From Nitrospinales bacterium (lineage in GTDB: Bacteria; Nitrospinota; Nitrospinia; Nitrospinales; JAJDAT01): 64,000 bases of DNA. Below the pieces are notes generated by a model. The model searched no databases. It saw nothing but the letters and a program-made list of their open reading frames with translations, and had not been told where the DNA came from. Both the position numbers and the translations under genes were made by a program. Where the stretch lies: assembly GCA_046757665.1 (NCBI GenBank), contig JBHHYO010000005.1, positions 8,983 through 72,982 of the forward strand. Direction: 5' to 3'. Of this stretch, positions 11,057-21,192 are shown one piece after another (the stretch's first letter is position 1; each line of letters opens with the position of its first letter).

Positions 11057-11770
11057 ATGGAAGCATTGGAAAAACTTTACGAAGGCAAGGCCAAGATACT
11101 TTACGCCACCAAGGACCCCGACCGGGTCATCCAGTATTTCAAGGATGACGCTTCCGCGTTTAACGGAATCAAGAAAGGCACGATCGCGGATAAGGGCATC
11201 ATCAACAATCAGGTCTCTTGCCGGATTTTTCAACACCTGGAGGACAAGGGCATTCCCACCCACTTTGTAAAATCGCTGAGCGACCGGGAGATGCTGGTCA
11301 AAAAGCTGGACATGATTCCCGTGGAGGTTGTCATGCGCAATGTCGCGGCGGGCAGTTTGTGCAAGCGCATGGGGGTGCCGGAGGGAACGCCGTTGAAGCA
11401 GTCTATCATGGAATTCTATTACAAGGATGACGCCCTGGGCGACCCGATGATCAACGAAAACCACATCGCCGCGTTTGAGCTGATGGCGCGGGACGACGTC
11501 GAGGTGATCAAATCCCTGGGATTCAAGATCAACGAATTGATGAGCGAATTTTTCCGGGCGCGCAAGATTCTTCTTGTGGATTTCAAGCTGGAATTCGGCC
11601 GCCACAAGGGCCGGATATTGCTGGGCGATGAAATCAGCCCCGACGCCTGCCGGTTATGGAACCGGGAAACGCATGAAAAGCTGGACAAGGACCGGTTTCG
11701 CTTTGACCTGGGGCAGGTTGCGGAAAAATACCGCGAACTCCATCAACTCGTCTGCGGAGAAGAAAAATAG
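11057..11770 (+). CDS. purC: SAICAR synthetase
   Basis: LYEGKAK, FKDDASAF, LVDFKLEFG, DEISPD, LDKDRFR. Confidence 0.96.
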   Translation: MEALEKLYEGKAKILYATKDPDRVIQYFKDDASAFNGIKKGTIADKGIINNQVSCRIFQHLEDKGIPTHFVKSLSDREMLVKKLDMIPVEVVMRNVAAGSLCKRMGVPEGTPLKQSIMEFYYKDDALGDPMINENHIAAFELMARDDVEVIKSLGFKINELMSEFFRARKILLVDFKLEFGRHKGRILLGDEISPDACRLWNRETHEKLDKDRFRFDLGQVAEKYRELHQLVCGEEK

Positions 11771-11785
11771 AACGGCACGGTCCCG

Positions 11786-12052
11786 TTACAAGTTTTTACA
11801 GACGACTTTTACGGGCGGGGTGTTGCTACACTCGATATTTTCCGTCCTCCCACTGGCCGCGCCTCCACACGCGGTGCTGACCCCCATCATCACGGTTTCC
11901 TGTTTTTCCATGCCGGTGACTTTCTGGCATACTTCCTTGTCGTTGTACACAATACAGACCTCGCACTCATACCTGGCGCTTGTCATCAATGAATAGGAAA
12001 TGTAGACGATGAATGCCAGAAACCCGACTGTCAGTATGGCGCCTTTTTTCAT
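11786..12052 (-). CDS. Small membrane-anchored six-Cys hypothetical protein
   Basis: N-terminal TM helix, YECEVC plus four more Cys; downstream of orn in the same orientation. Confidence 0.7.
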   Translation of the reverse strand: MKKGAILTVGFLAFIVYISYSLMTSARYECEVCIVYNDKEVCQKVTGMEKQETVMMGVSTACGGAASGRTENIECSNTPPVKVVCKNL

Positions 12053-12203
12053 GGAAACCTTTGCATAACCCGAGATTCTTCGCTACCCCCGGTGTCATCG
12101 CGAGCCGCGACAAGCGGCGTGGCGATCCAGCCTTCTGGATTGCTTCGTCGGCTTCGCCTCCTCGCAATGACGATCAAACAAGGATACTTATGCAAAAGCT
12201 TCC
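12053..12203. mobile_element. 151-bp MITE-like element with 16-bp terminal inverted repeats and 7-bp target-site duplication
   Basis: Left end GGAAACCTTTGCATAA; right end TTATGCAAAAGCTTCC (14/16 inverted match); flanked by TTTTCAT at 12046-12052 and 12204-12210. Confidence 0.8.
12094..12172. repeat. CGTC-tagged REP/RPE-like palindromic repeat inside the MITE
   Basis: GTCATCGCGAG...GCGATCCAG-CCTT-CTGGATTGC...CTCGCAATGACG nested hairpin. Confidence 0.8.
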
Positions 12204-12233
12204 TTTTCATGGGCAAAATTCCGCACTGCGGGG

Positions 12234-12794
12234 TTAGTGATGGTTGTTGGCAATAAAATAATGTTTGCGATAAAACTTCAACTCCTCGATCGATTCCCGA
12301 ACATCCGTCAACGCCAGGTGCAAATCGCTTTTCTTGGGCAGTTTCACCCCATTCGGATACCAGCGGGTGATCAATTCCTTGATGGACGTGACATCAATAT
12401 TACGATAATGCAGGTAATCGTGCAGAGTCTTCATGTATTTGGCAAGAAATTTTCTGTCGTGGCTGATGGTATTGCCGCATAAAGGCACCGCATGAGGCGG
12501 GCAATGTTTTTTGATGAAGTTCAACGTCGCTTGCTCCGCCTCGGAGACGGTAATGCGGGATTCCTTCACCCGTTGCCACAGGCCAGACGCCGTATGTTGC
12601 TTCTTGTTCCAGTCATCCATCCGGGACAGAATTGCCTCACCTTGATGAATGACCATGGCGGGGCCTTCTTCCAGAATATTCAGGCTACTGTCCGTGACGA
12701 TCGTGGCGATTTCAATAATCACCTCGGTTTCCACGTCGAGGCCGGTCATTTCCAGGTCCAACCACACCAGGTTTTTCGAGCTTTTTCTACCCAT
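12234..12794 (-). CDS. orn: Oligoribonuclease
   Basis: LVWLDLEMTGL, IIEIATIVTD, LCGN, HYRNIDV, H.AL.D.RES..EL..YR. Confidence 0.95.
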   Translation of the reverse strand: MGRKSSKNLVWLDLEMTGLDVETEVIIEIATIVTDSSLNILEEGPAMVIHQGEAILSRMDDWNKKQHTASGLWQRVKESRITVSEAEQATLNFIKKHCPPHAVPLCGNTISHDRKFLAKYMKTLHDYLHYRNIDVTSIKELITRWYPNGVKLPKKSDLHLALTDVRESIEELKFYRKHYFIANNHH

Positions 12795-12853
12795 CGTTTT
12801 TCCAGTCAAGAGCCAGGGGATATCAAGAAAATAACACGGGAGGGAGTTTCACT

Positions 12854-13387
12854 TTACTGGGCTTTTTCCAAGAGTTTTCCTAGTGTTTTGTTTCTCATCA
12901 GAGATTGAATCTTTGGATCGGTGGCCAGGCGTTCCAGGTCCTGACGGTCAATGGCGCGCATCAGTTCCCGGTCCTTGAGGATGCCCTTCACCGAGGGATC
13001 GTTGCTGAGCGATTGAATAAGGCGCAGGGCATCGGGGTCCTGCATCAGCCGATCGGTCATTTCCCGGACTTGCTGTTGAACCGGTTGTCCGCCGGTAGCC
13101 GAAAAATTACCTCCCGGAACATTCCGGGAAGACGCGCCCCGCGGCGGACTGTTGGCGCTCCCGGACTGTTTAAACCGAATGGAGCGGATTTTTTTCTCGT
13201 CGATGGAAAAGACGCCCAGGGTATTCGACTTGAGCCGGTAAATGCCGTTCGAAAAAGATAACACTTCCGCTTGAATAACGCTTCCGTCGGTGAGTTCGAT
13301 TTCTTTCGGCGTCCCGCCGCCGGCATGGGCAAACGAAACCAGCCAAACCATCAGGCAGGCAATGGCTACCGGGTATTTTGCTTTCAT
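12854..13387 (-). CDS. Secreted hypothetical protein
   Basis: Signal peptide ending AHA, IELTDGS.I beta-motif, C-terminal DP-repeat helices. Confidence 0.7.
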   Translation of the reverse strand: MKAKYPVAIACLMVWLVSFAHAGGGTPKEIELTDGSVIQAEVLSFSNGIYRLKSNTLGVFSIDEKKIRSIRFKQSGSANSPPRGASSRNVPGGNFSATGGQPVQQQVREMTDRLMQDPDALRLIQSLSNDPSVKGILKDRELMRAIDRQDLERLATDPKIQSLMRNKTLGKLLEKAQ

Positions 13388-13582
13388 GGGAATTCCATTT
13401 TTCGGGTTAAAGGGCGGAAACCTGGCAATCACCGCTCTCCCTGATTGTACCCCATTTCGGAGCAAGTATTGAATTAAATCCCGTTGTTGCAGAAGTTTAT
13501 TTTCTTATTGCGTGAGGGCAGGAAGGGAGGGGTGCGGCAAAACAACCAAAAACGAACGGTTAACCGCCGGAGCGCCAGGGAT

Positions 13583-16309
13583 TCAAACCACTTCGACGGG
13601 CTCTTCCCATAAAATCGACTGCGGGTTTTTCAGCCGGTTTAACGCCTGCCGGAGTTTGTTTTTAAAATTTTCTTCTCCAAGGATGATTTGCCGGACATCC
13701 CGCGGCCTGAGGTAGAAAATATTGGATGCGGTTTCCTGGTGTGTGTGCAGGACCGCCCGTTGAACCTCCAGGTTCAGATCGGAAAAAACCTTGGTTTCCA
13801 TCATAAAAGTTCCCAGGGCATCGTGGGTTTCTATGCTGATGGAACGGCCGATGATCGTGATCTTGAGTTTGCCGTCGTCGTACCGGGCGGCCTTGGCCTT
13901 TGTGGCCAGGCGCCGGCCCTTGTAGATTGACGATATGGGCTGGTGGTCCACGAGGATTTTGCGCAACTCCTCCTTGATCTTTTTCTGCAGGAAATAGTAA
14001 TTGGAAAATTCGATGGGCGCGCCCGAAGCGTCATACACCTTAAACACGTCGAACACATTGTTTCCCCGTGTATGAATCTTGGCTTCGACGATGCTCATCT
14101 GGTTAAAAAAGAGGACCGTAGCAACCTTGAACAGCACGCCTTTCATGTCGGGCAGGCAGATGACCAGGTCGCAAGCCTGACCGGGTTTAAAAAACATTTC
14201 CACGGCGAACTTTTCCCGGGAGCGCAGAAACTCGTTGTAAATTTCCAATTGCGATTGCAGGTCCCGCGGCAGGTGAATCATATCCATAAACTCCATCTTG
14301 ACGGAGTTCGGAATGCTTTGCCGTTTTTTATGTTGCAGGGTGTACTGGTAAAAATTCCGGAGTTGTTCGATCTGGCCGGCGGACATGTTCATTTTTGTTC
14401 CTCCGCGGTCGGCGTAGGTCAGCAGGATCAACATTTTTAACCGCTCCTGATCGTTGTCCACCAGGTCCCAGATCATTTCATTGGTTTCGTCCTCTTCCGG
14501 GTCCAGGAACATGAGGTCTTTCATGGTCAGGTGTTTTTCGACCAGAAACGCCACATCCCTGATACGTTTTTTTTGTTTGTGGCGGTATCCGAGATTTTCC
14601 AGAATACCCGGCGCCATCTCGGCTCCCAGCATCTCTTCATTTTGTCCCGGCGCCTTTGCGCCCTTGCCGATGTCGTGCAACAAAACCGCGAGTTTCAGCG
14701 CCGTTTTGTCCTTTAAGGATTGATACAGCTCGACGAGGAAGGGGTCCGCATCCATGCCCAGTTCCAGTTCGTTGAGAACGTCCAGCGCAAAAAGCACGTG
14801 GATATCCGTCGGAAATTTGTGGACGTAAATATCCTGCAACAGTCCGCAAAGATCCTTGAATTCGGGAATGAAATACTGTTGCAGAAGCCCGAATTCATGC
14901 AACAGGCGAATGGCCTTGGCGAAATATTTGCCCTTGATGATCGTTTTAAACTGGGTTCGGATTTCCTTCTTCTTGCCTTCCGTCAGGAAAATGGGGCCTA
15001 TCCGGTTGGTGCTTTGTTCGATGGCGCGAATGACGGGAAGGGACAAAACATAATTTCCCCGGGCCACCCAGACGGGAATTTGAAACATGGCTTCGGGGTA
15101 CTCTTCAAGGTATTGTTCTCCGCCCGGCAGAAAGATGATTTGTTTGCCCGCATTCACCGCGAGAAACTGATTCAGGTCCTTAACTTTTTTCGGATCAACA
15201 CTGGTCAACTCCAGGAAGAGGTTGCGGCTGTACTTTTTCAGGGGATAGGCGGCTTCGTAATAATATTCCCGGTAAAACTGTTTCAACTCGAATCCCATCG
15301 ACTTCGCCACCTGTTCCCGGACTTCGAAACACAGCACATCGCGTTGCGTGCCTTTCTGACTGCAATGCAGTAACAACCGGACTTTCGATAAAAAGTTGAG
15401 ACAGTTCTGCATGTTTTTGAACGTGATCCCGCTCAAATGACCATTGTTGTACAGTTCCTGAAGCAATTCAAACGAGTTGGTTTTTTCGAGTTTGTACCGG
15501 ATTCGTGCCAGGAACAACGCCCAATACAGCCGGCGCATTTCCGTTTTCACATTGGGTTCCTGGTTGAAAACCGTGTTTTGAACGTCGTAATAGCTTTTGT
15601 GGGTTTTGCAGTAATCCAGAATTTTTTCCTGATTGAGAAGGCTTGCCGTCTTGACCAAACTTTTAAATTCGTTGTAAACCCAGATATTGCCCGCAACAAA
15701 CCGGTGCTCCATCTGGGAGATCAGCGTGCTGGGGATTTGCGGATCAAATTCGATATCCTCGCCGGGGATGTGCGAATGCGCGACACTGCTCGCCGCCGGG
15801 AAGATGTCCTGATGAACAAACAGGTACTCGAAGTATTCGAGAATTTTTGCCAGGGCATCGTCCTGGTCCGCGCCGAATTTGGAAACGACCTGGATGTCCA
15901 CGTCGGAGCGGAAATACATTTCCTCCCGTCCATAGCCGCCCCGGGCGACAACGGCTATCGCAACGTCGTTGTCGCGCAGTTCGGTTTGATGGTTGCGGTT
16001 GTAAAACCACAAGGCGGTTTTGAAGCTGGTTTTTATCACCGCATCCACCAGGGCCGTGTGTTTCAGCAAAATGAGGTGGCAGTTGCCGCCATGGACGATC
16101 TCGTTTTTTAATTGTTCGGTTTCGCGGTTCGCCAGGGCGGTGACCCGCTTTTTGAATTCCAGATAAAACGCCTGCGACTCGATATCGCCCGCGGGAGTGA
16201 ATTCTTCCGGACGGATCGAGGCATCCAGGGTATTTAAAAGTTCTTGCTGGTAGTTTTGGGCCTGGGTTCTGTTGGCGAGGAAAAAATCAAGCATGGGGTT
16301 GACGCTCAT
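13583..16309 (-). CDS. glnD: GlnD-like PII uridylyltransferase/uridylyl-removing enzyme (NTase, HD, ACT)
   Basis: GGYGREEM...SDVD NTase motif, LLHDIGK HD motif, LTYAD, C-terminal ACT-like domains. Start chosen at MSVNP. Confidence 0.78.
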   Translation of the reverse strand: MSVNPMLDFFLANRTQAQNYQQELLNTLDASIRPEEFTPAGDIESQAFYLEFKKRVTALANRETEQLKNEIVHGGNCHLILLKHTALVDAVIKTSFKTALWFYNRNHQTELRDNDVAIAVVARGGYGREEMYFRSDVDIQVVSKFGADQDDALAKILEYFEYLFVHQDIFPAASSVAHSHIPGEDIEFDPQIPSTLISQMEHRFVAGNIWVYNEFKSLVKTASLLNQEKILDYCKTHKSYYDVQNTVFNQEPNVKTEMRRLYWALFLARIRYKLEKTNSFELLQELYNNGHLSGITFKNMQNCLNFLSKVRLLLHCSQKGTQRDVLCFEVREQVAKSMGFELKQFYREYYYEAAYPLKKYSRNLFLELTSVDPKKVKDLNQFLAVNAGKQIIFLPGGEQYLEEYPEAMFQIPVWVARGNYVLSLPVIRAIEQSTNRIGPIFLTEGKKKEIRTQFKTIIKGKYFAKAIRLLHEFGLLQQYFIPEFKDLCGLLQDIYVHKFPTDIHVLFALDVLNELELGMDADPFLVELYQSLKDKTALKLAVLLHDIGKGAKAPGQNEEMLGAEMAPGILENLGYRHKQKKRIRDVAFLVEKHLTMKDLMFLDPEEDETNEMIWDLVDNDQERLKMLILLTYADRGGTKMNMSAGQIEQLRNFYQYTLQHKKRQSIPNSVKMEFMDMIHLPRDLQSQLEIYNEFLRSREKFAVEMFFKPGQACDLVICLPDMKGVLFKVATVLFFNQMSIVEAKIHTRGNNVFDVFKVYDASGAPIEFSNYYFLQKKIKEELRKILVDHQPISSIYKGRRLATKAKAARYDDGKLKITIIGRSISIETHDALGTFMMETKVFSDLNLEVQRAVLHTHQETASNIFYLRPRDVRQIILGEENFKNKLRQALNRLKNPQSILWEEPVEVV

Positions 16310-16344
16310 CGCTTCATGGCTTTCAGCCCGGCGGGCTGTCGATT

Positions 16345-17361
16345 CTACAAGCTCCTGCCCATCAGCGCGGCAAGGGGTTTCAGTTTTTTCACCAGCGCGG
16401 CGAATTTTTTGGGTTTCAGGGATTGCGGACCGTCCGACAAGGCATTTGCAGGATCGGGGTGCACCTCGATCATCAGCCCATCGGCGCCGGCGGCGATGGA
16501 CGCGCACGACATGGCGGCCACCAAGTCCCAATGCCCCGTGGCGTGGCTGGGATCGACGAGGATGGGAAGATGGCTTTCTTTTTTCAATACCGGAATGGCA
16601 TTGATGTCCAGCGTATTGCGGGTCAGGGTTTCAATGGTGCGGATTCCCCGTTCGCACAGGATAACTTCCTTGTTGCCGGCGGACAAAACGTATTCGGCGG
16701 ACATGAGATATTCCTTGATGGTGATCATCATGCCGCGTTTCAGGAGGATGGGCTTTGGGATGCCGCCCAGCTCCTTCAACAGGGAAAAATTTTGCACATT
16801 GCGCGCCCCCACTTGCAGAACGTCGGCGTATTGCGCGACCAGTTCCACCTCTTTCGGATTCATCACTTCCGTGACGATGGGGAGACCGGTTTGCCTTTTC
16901 GCCTCCAGCAGTAGCTTGAGGCCTTCCTCCTCCAAGCCCTGGAAACTGTAAGGCGAGGTTCGGGGTTTGAAGGCGCCGCCGCGCAGAAAATGGGCTCCCG
17001 CCTCCTTGACCAACTCGGCCGTCGCGCAAATCTGTTCTTTGCTCTCCACCGAGCAGGGGCCGGCAATCAAGACGATCCGCTCACCGCCGACCGGCATTCC
17101 GTCAATCTGGATCACCGTGTCCTCCGGCTTGAACTCGCGGCTCGCCAGCTTGTACGGTTTGAGTATGGAAATGGTCGTCTCGACGCCGGGCATGGTCTCC
17201 ACCGCTTGCAGTTGCTCCTTGAACCGCTCGTCTCCCACGGCGCCCACTATTTTCCGTTCGACTCCGGCGATCTCATGAGGCGTGTAACCCAGCAACCGGA
17301 TTTTATCCTCTACGGCCCGGATTTCTTCCGGAGTAGCATTTTTTTTGAAAACAATGACCAT
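16345..17361 (-). CDS. aroF: DAHP synthase, class I-beta
   Basis: [45 protein letters not shown]. Confidence 0.95.
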   Translation of the reverse strand: MVIVFKKNATPEEIRAVEDKIRLLGYTPHEIAGVERKIVGAVGDERFKEQLQAVETMPGVETTISILKPYKLASREFKPEDTVIQIDGMPVGGERIVLIAGPCSVESKEQICATAELVKEAGAHFLRGGAFKPRTSPYSFQGLEEEGLKLLLEAKRQTGLPIVTEVMNPKEVELVAQYADVLQVGARNVQNFSLLKELGGIPKPILLKRGMMITIKEYLMSAEYVLSAGNKEVILCERGIRTIETLTRNTLDINAIPVLKKESHLPILVDPSHATGHWDLVAAMSCASIAAGADGLMIEVHPDPANALSDGPQSLKPKKFAALVKKLKPLAALMGRSL

Positions 17362-17489
17362 CGTTCAACCTGTTTCATAGATCAGGCAAGTCCGACCGGG
17401 GCGGCGCCAATTTTTAGATTACCCTTATTTCCAAAAAGATGCCAACATTTTCGGCACGTCCGGGCCACAAGCGCGCTACAAATATAATT

Positions 17490-17518
17490 TTGACAGTTTT
17501 TTTGATTTGTGCTAAAAA
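17490..17518 (+). promoter_or_regulatory. Possible sigma70 promoter for dnaN
   Basis: TTGACA-N17-TAAAAA preceded by TG (extended -10-like). Confidence 0.4.
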
Positions 17519-17568
17519 AATCAGTTAGCATTAACCCCGCCTTACAGCCGTCCAGGGAGAATTGCCAA

Positions 17569-18675
17569 ATGGAAATCAGGATCAACCGCGAAAATTTACT
17601 CGCCGGCGTGCAACGTGTTCAGGGAATCGTCGAGGTCAAGGGCGCAATGCCCATTCTCTCTTATCTCCTTATTTCCACCGATAAAGAAGGCATCTATATT
17701 CAGGCCACCGACCTGGAAATCGGCATCAAGGGTTATTACTCCGCCAATGTAACGGTGCCGGGGAAAGTGGCCCTGAACGCCAGAAAACTGCACGACATTA
17801 TCCGGGAACTTCCCGACCATAAGGAAATCCACCTGGTGCGGGAGGAAAACGACTGGGTCACCCTGAAATGCGAGAAGTCCGTGTTTCGTCTGCCGGGCCT
17901 GCCCGCCGCCGACTTCCCCGTGCTCCCCGATTACAGCGAGGAAAGCCTGATAGAGTTCAAGGGCTCCTTCCTGAAGGAAATGATCCGCAAAACGGCTTTT
18001 GCCGTTTCCCCGGACGAAACCCGAAAGGGCATCAGCGGCCTGTTGCTGGAAATGGACAACGGCCACGCCACCATGGTGGGAACCGACGGGCACCGGCTGG
18101 CGTTCATCACCCGGCCCTTGTTGAAATCCACCGTTTCGGAAAAAACCCCTTTCATCCTGCCCAAAAAAACGCTGGCCGAGCTTGTCAAGCTCATGGATGA
18201 AGACGACTCCACCTGCTCCTTCTCCGTCAAGAAAAACCACTTCGCCTTCATCCAGGACCGGCAGGTGATCGTGTCCCGGGCCATTGACGGCAAGTTCCCC
18301 AATTATCAACAGGTGATTCCCACCGACAATAATGTTCAGGTCGTGGTCAACAGGGACAACCTGCTTCATGCCCTGAGGCGGGTCGCCCTGCTCGCGGACG
18401 AACAATCCAAAATGGTCCGTTTTGAAATCAAAACGGGAACCCTGACCCTCATTTCCGACAGCACCGAACTGGGCGCCGCAAACGAGGAAATCGCCGCCAA
18501 GCACGAAGGCGAGGAAATCTGCATCGGACTCAACGCAAGATACGTTCTGGAAATCTTGGGCGTGATTGACGAAGAAGAGATCGTCATTCATCTAAAAGAC
18601 AAAGACCACTCCTGCCTCATCAAAGTCAATGAGGACCAAAACTTTCTCGGCCTCGTCATGCCCATGCGGCTGTAA
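17569..18675 (+). CDS. dnaN: DNA polymerase III beta sliding clamp
   Basis: PILS, ATDLEI, GTDGHRLA, DGKFPNYQQVIP, C-terminal LVMPMRL. Confidence 0.96.
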   Translation: MEIRINRENLLAGVQRVQGIVEVKGAMPILSYLLISTDKEGIYIQATDLEIGIKGYYSANVTVPGKVALNARKLHDIIRELPDHKEIHLVREENDWVTLKCEKSVFRLPGLPAADFPVLPDYSEESLIEFKGSFLKEMIRKTAFAVSPDETRKGISGLLLEMDNGHATMVGTDGHRLAFITRPLLKSTVSEKTPFILPKKTLAELVKLMDEDDSTCSFSVKKNHFAFIQDRQVIVSRAIDGKFPNYQQVIPTDNNVQVVVNRDNLLHALRRVALLADEQSKMVRFEIKTGTLTLISDSTELGAANEEIAAKHEGEEICIGLNARYVLEILGVIDEEEIVIHLKDKDHSCLIKVNEDQNFLGLVMPMRL

Positions 18676-18725
18676 CCTGCCTGACCCTGCCCGTCTTCGC
18701 CACAGGAGAAACGGGCATCCCTTTC

Positions 18726-19052
18726 CTACATTGCGAGTGCGGCGCGCAATAAAGCATCGATCGCCCGCTTGAGTACAGCCGTGTCGCGCCCGCGCGATTC
18801 CGCACGGTCGTGCCGGGGATCGTCCTCCAGGGAAATTACCCCGGAACCCAGGTAATTGCAGTAAAATGAACCCAAGGGAGCCAGTTTCCCCAAACCGCCC
18901 GCATCGGCATTAACAACGACCATCGCACGGTCTTGCCTTTCGGGGTCGGAATACACCTCGAAGAGCCCGCCGGTTTGCGTTGTGCGCGCGCGGCAATAGG
19001 CCAGGATGCGTTCCAGGTCCTCGGGAGACACTCTTTTATAGATAACCTGCAT
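18726..19052 (-). CDS. Hypothetical protein
   Basis: About 108-aa ORF from MQVIYK filling the gap between genes; no family recognised. Confidence 0.55.
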   Translation of the reverse strand: MQVIYKRVSPEDLERILAYCRARTTQTGGLFEVYSDPERQDRAMVVVNADAGGLGKLAPLGSFYCNYLGSGVISLEDDPRHDRAESRGRDTAVLKRAIDALLRAALAM

Positions 19053-19077
19053 TCGACAACCTGAACCGGGTGACACC

Positions 19078-19713
19078 ATGAGCAGAGCAAACGCTGAAGA
19101 CAAGTTTCTCGAATTGATGAAAAAAATCAAACGGCTGGAAGATGAACTGGCCTTTGAAATCCAGAAAAAAGAAGACGAGTTTTTTTACGAAATTCATGCC
19201 AAAAGGGTCAAGTTCCAGCGCACGGCGAAAATCCACCATAAACTTCTGATCAAAAAAATACGTTACTATTTGCGCGACGCCGCCGTCATGAACATCGTCA
19301 CGGCGCCGGTGATTTATGCCGTGGTCGTTCCGGCCTTTTTTCTCGACCTGTTTATCACCCTTTATCAATCGATCTGTTTCCCGATTTACGGCATCCCCAA
19401 GGTCCGGCGGCAGGACTATATCGTAACGGACCGCAAATATCTTCACTACCTGAATTTGATCGAAAAAATCAATTGCTACTATTGCGGCTATTTTAACGGC
19501 TTGATGGGCTACACCCAGGAAATAGCCGGCAGGACCGAGCAGTACTGGTGCCCCATCAAACACGCCCGGAAACTGGCGTTCATTCACGGCCGCTACCGGA
19601 AATTTTTTGAGTACGGCGATGCCGATACCTACCGCGAAAACCTGGAAAAAGTCCGGCGGGAGTTTGACGATCTTCTCCCCGGCAAAAACCCGGTTGACAA
19701 GTCCGGCAAATAA
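19078..19713 (+). CDS. Hypothetical membrane protein with Cys/His motifs
   Basis: One TM segment, INCYYCGYFNG and EQYWCPIKH motifs. Confidence 0.75.
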   Translation: MSRANAEDKFLELMKKIKRLEDELAFEIQKKEDEFFYEIHAKRVKFQRTAKIHHKLLIKKIRYYLRDAAVMNIVTAPVIYAVVVPAFFLDLFITLYQSICFPIYGIPKVRRQDYIVTDRKYLHYLNLIEKINCYYCGYFNGLMGYTQEIAGRTEQYWCPIKHARKLAFIHGRYRKFFEYGDADTYRENLEKVRREFDDLLPGKNPVDKSGK

Positions 19714-19764
19714 GTTGACCATGCGGTTTTTCGTTGCCCGCCGACAACGTTTGAAAGGAGAGCC

Positions 19765-20670
19765 GTGAATTTTCAGGATGTCATATTAAGCTTGCAGAAT
19801 TTCTGGGGCGCCCGCGGATGCCTGATCCACCAACCTTACGATATCGAAGTGGGCGCCGGCACCTTTAATCCCAGCACCTTTTTCCGGGCGCTCGGCCCGG
19901 AACCCTATCGGGCCGCCTACGTCGAACCGTCCCGCAGACCCACGGACGGGCGATACGGCGAAAACCCCAATCGGCTTCAGCATTATTACCAGTTCCAGGT
20001 GATCGTCAAACCCTCGCCGAACGATATCCAGGACCAGTATCTGCAAAGCCTCTCCGAGCTGGGCATCGACCCCCTGCAACACGACATCCGGTTCGTCGAG
20101 GATGACTGGGAGTCGCCCACCCTGGGCGCATGGGGACTGGGTTGGGAGGTCTGGCTCGACGGAATGGAAATCACCCAGTTCACCTATTTCCAGCAGGTCG
20201 GCGGCATCGACCTTTCGCCGGTGACGGTGGAGTTGACCTACGGCCTCGAACGCATCGCCATGTACCTGCAAGACATCGACAACGTGTTTGAACTGAAATG
20301 GAACGACCACCTCAAATACGGCGACGTGCACCTGGAAACGGAAAAACAGTTTTCCCGCTACAACTTCGAGGAATCCAGCAAGGACCGCTTGTTTCAATGG
20401 TTCGACATGTACGAGAAAGAAGCCGAGGCCCTGCTCGAAAAAGACCTGGTCTTGCCGGGCTACGATTACACCCTGAAATGCTCCCACACCTTCAACCTGC
20501 TGGATGCCCGCGGCGCCATCAGCGTGACCGAGCGCACCGGGTTTATCACCCGAGTGCGAAAACTGGCGCGCCTGTGCGCGGAAGGCTACGTCCGCCACCG
20601 CGAAACCCTGGGACACCCTCTGCTCCACCGCTGGAACAAGTCCCCGGCAACCCATCCCCCATCCACCTGA
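19765..20670 (+). CDS. glyQ: Glycine--tRNA ligase alpha subunit
   Basis: [50 protein letters not shown]. Confidence 0.97.
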   Translation: MNFQDVILSLQNFWGARGCLIHQPYDIEVGAGTFNPSTFFRALGPEPYRAAYVEPSRRPTDGRYGENPNRLQHYYQFQVIVKPSPNDIQDQYLQSLSELGIDPLQHDIRFVEDDWESPTLGAWGLGWEVWLDGMEITQFTYFQQVGGIDLSPVTVELTYGLERIAMYLQDIDNVFELKWNDHLKYGDVHLETEKQFSRYNFEESSKDRLFQWFDMYEKEAEALLEKDLVLPGYDYTLKCSHTFNLLDARGAISVTERTGFITRVRKLARLCAEGYVRHRETLGHPLLHRWNKSPATHPPST

Positions 20671-20753
20671 CCCGATACCGCCGGCGCATCTCACTCCGAC
20701 CTTAAGGGGTGGGTATCACATGAGCCTGCCGAAGCACCCAAACTTTTTTGTGG

Positions 20754-20782
20754 TTGACATCGTCCTTCCACATTTAGATAAT
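20754..20782 (+). promoter_or_regulatory. Sigma70 promoter of the AT-rich islet
   Basis: TTGACA-N17-GATAAT. Confidence 0.65.
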
Positions 20783-20985
20783 TCTATACTTTCTTTTTTG
20801 TCTTTGCTCATATGCGCTACCCAAGCCACAACATGCGAAGACCACTCAAGTTAAACAAAAGTCCACAGCACAAACCACGCAAGACACGCCTAAGCTGAAA
20901 CGTGAATATTTCTATGCCTTTTTTTGGGACGGCGTAGTTGTTTTTGGAATAGACTATTTATAGGAAAACAATTGGAGGTCGGGCC

Positions 20986-21192
20986 ATGACAAAACCAGAA
21001 GACTTAGATTACATCCCAGAGGAGGATCGTGAAATGGTAGCAGAATTGGTTACCACAGGGGCTTTAAATGGAGAGATGGCGGCATCACACACAACCAGCA
21101 ATAGCTGGGATGATGGCGACTACCCAGAGATCAAAGAGGAAATCTTCTCCGCTATAGCTGACCGATTGCTGGGAAAAAGGAAAGATGCGTAA
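20986..21192 (+). CDS. Small acidic hypothetical protein (AT-rich islet)
   Basis: GGAGGT RBS; 68 aa, D/E-rich; overlaps the next gene by 8 nt. Confidence 0.7.
   Translation: MTKPEDLDYIPEEDREMVAELVTTGALNGEMAASHTTSNSWDDGDYPEIKEEIFSAIADRLLGKRKDA

Noticed and set aside
16310-16531. N-terminal extension of the GlnD-like ORF given in the track
   Set aside because: Overlaps aroF in another frame and looks non-coding; the start was moved to 16309.
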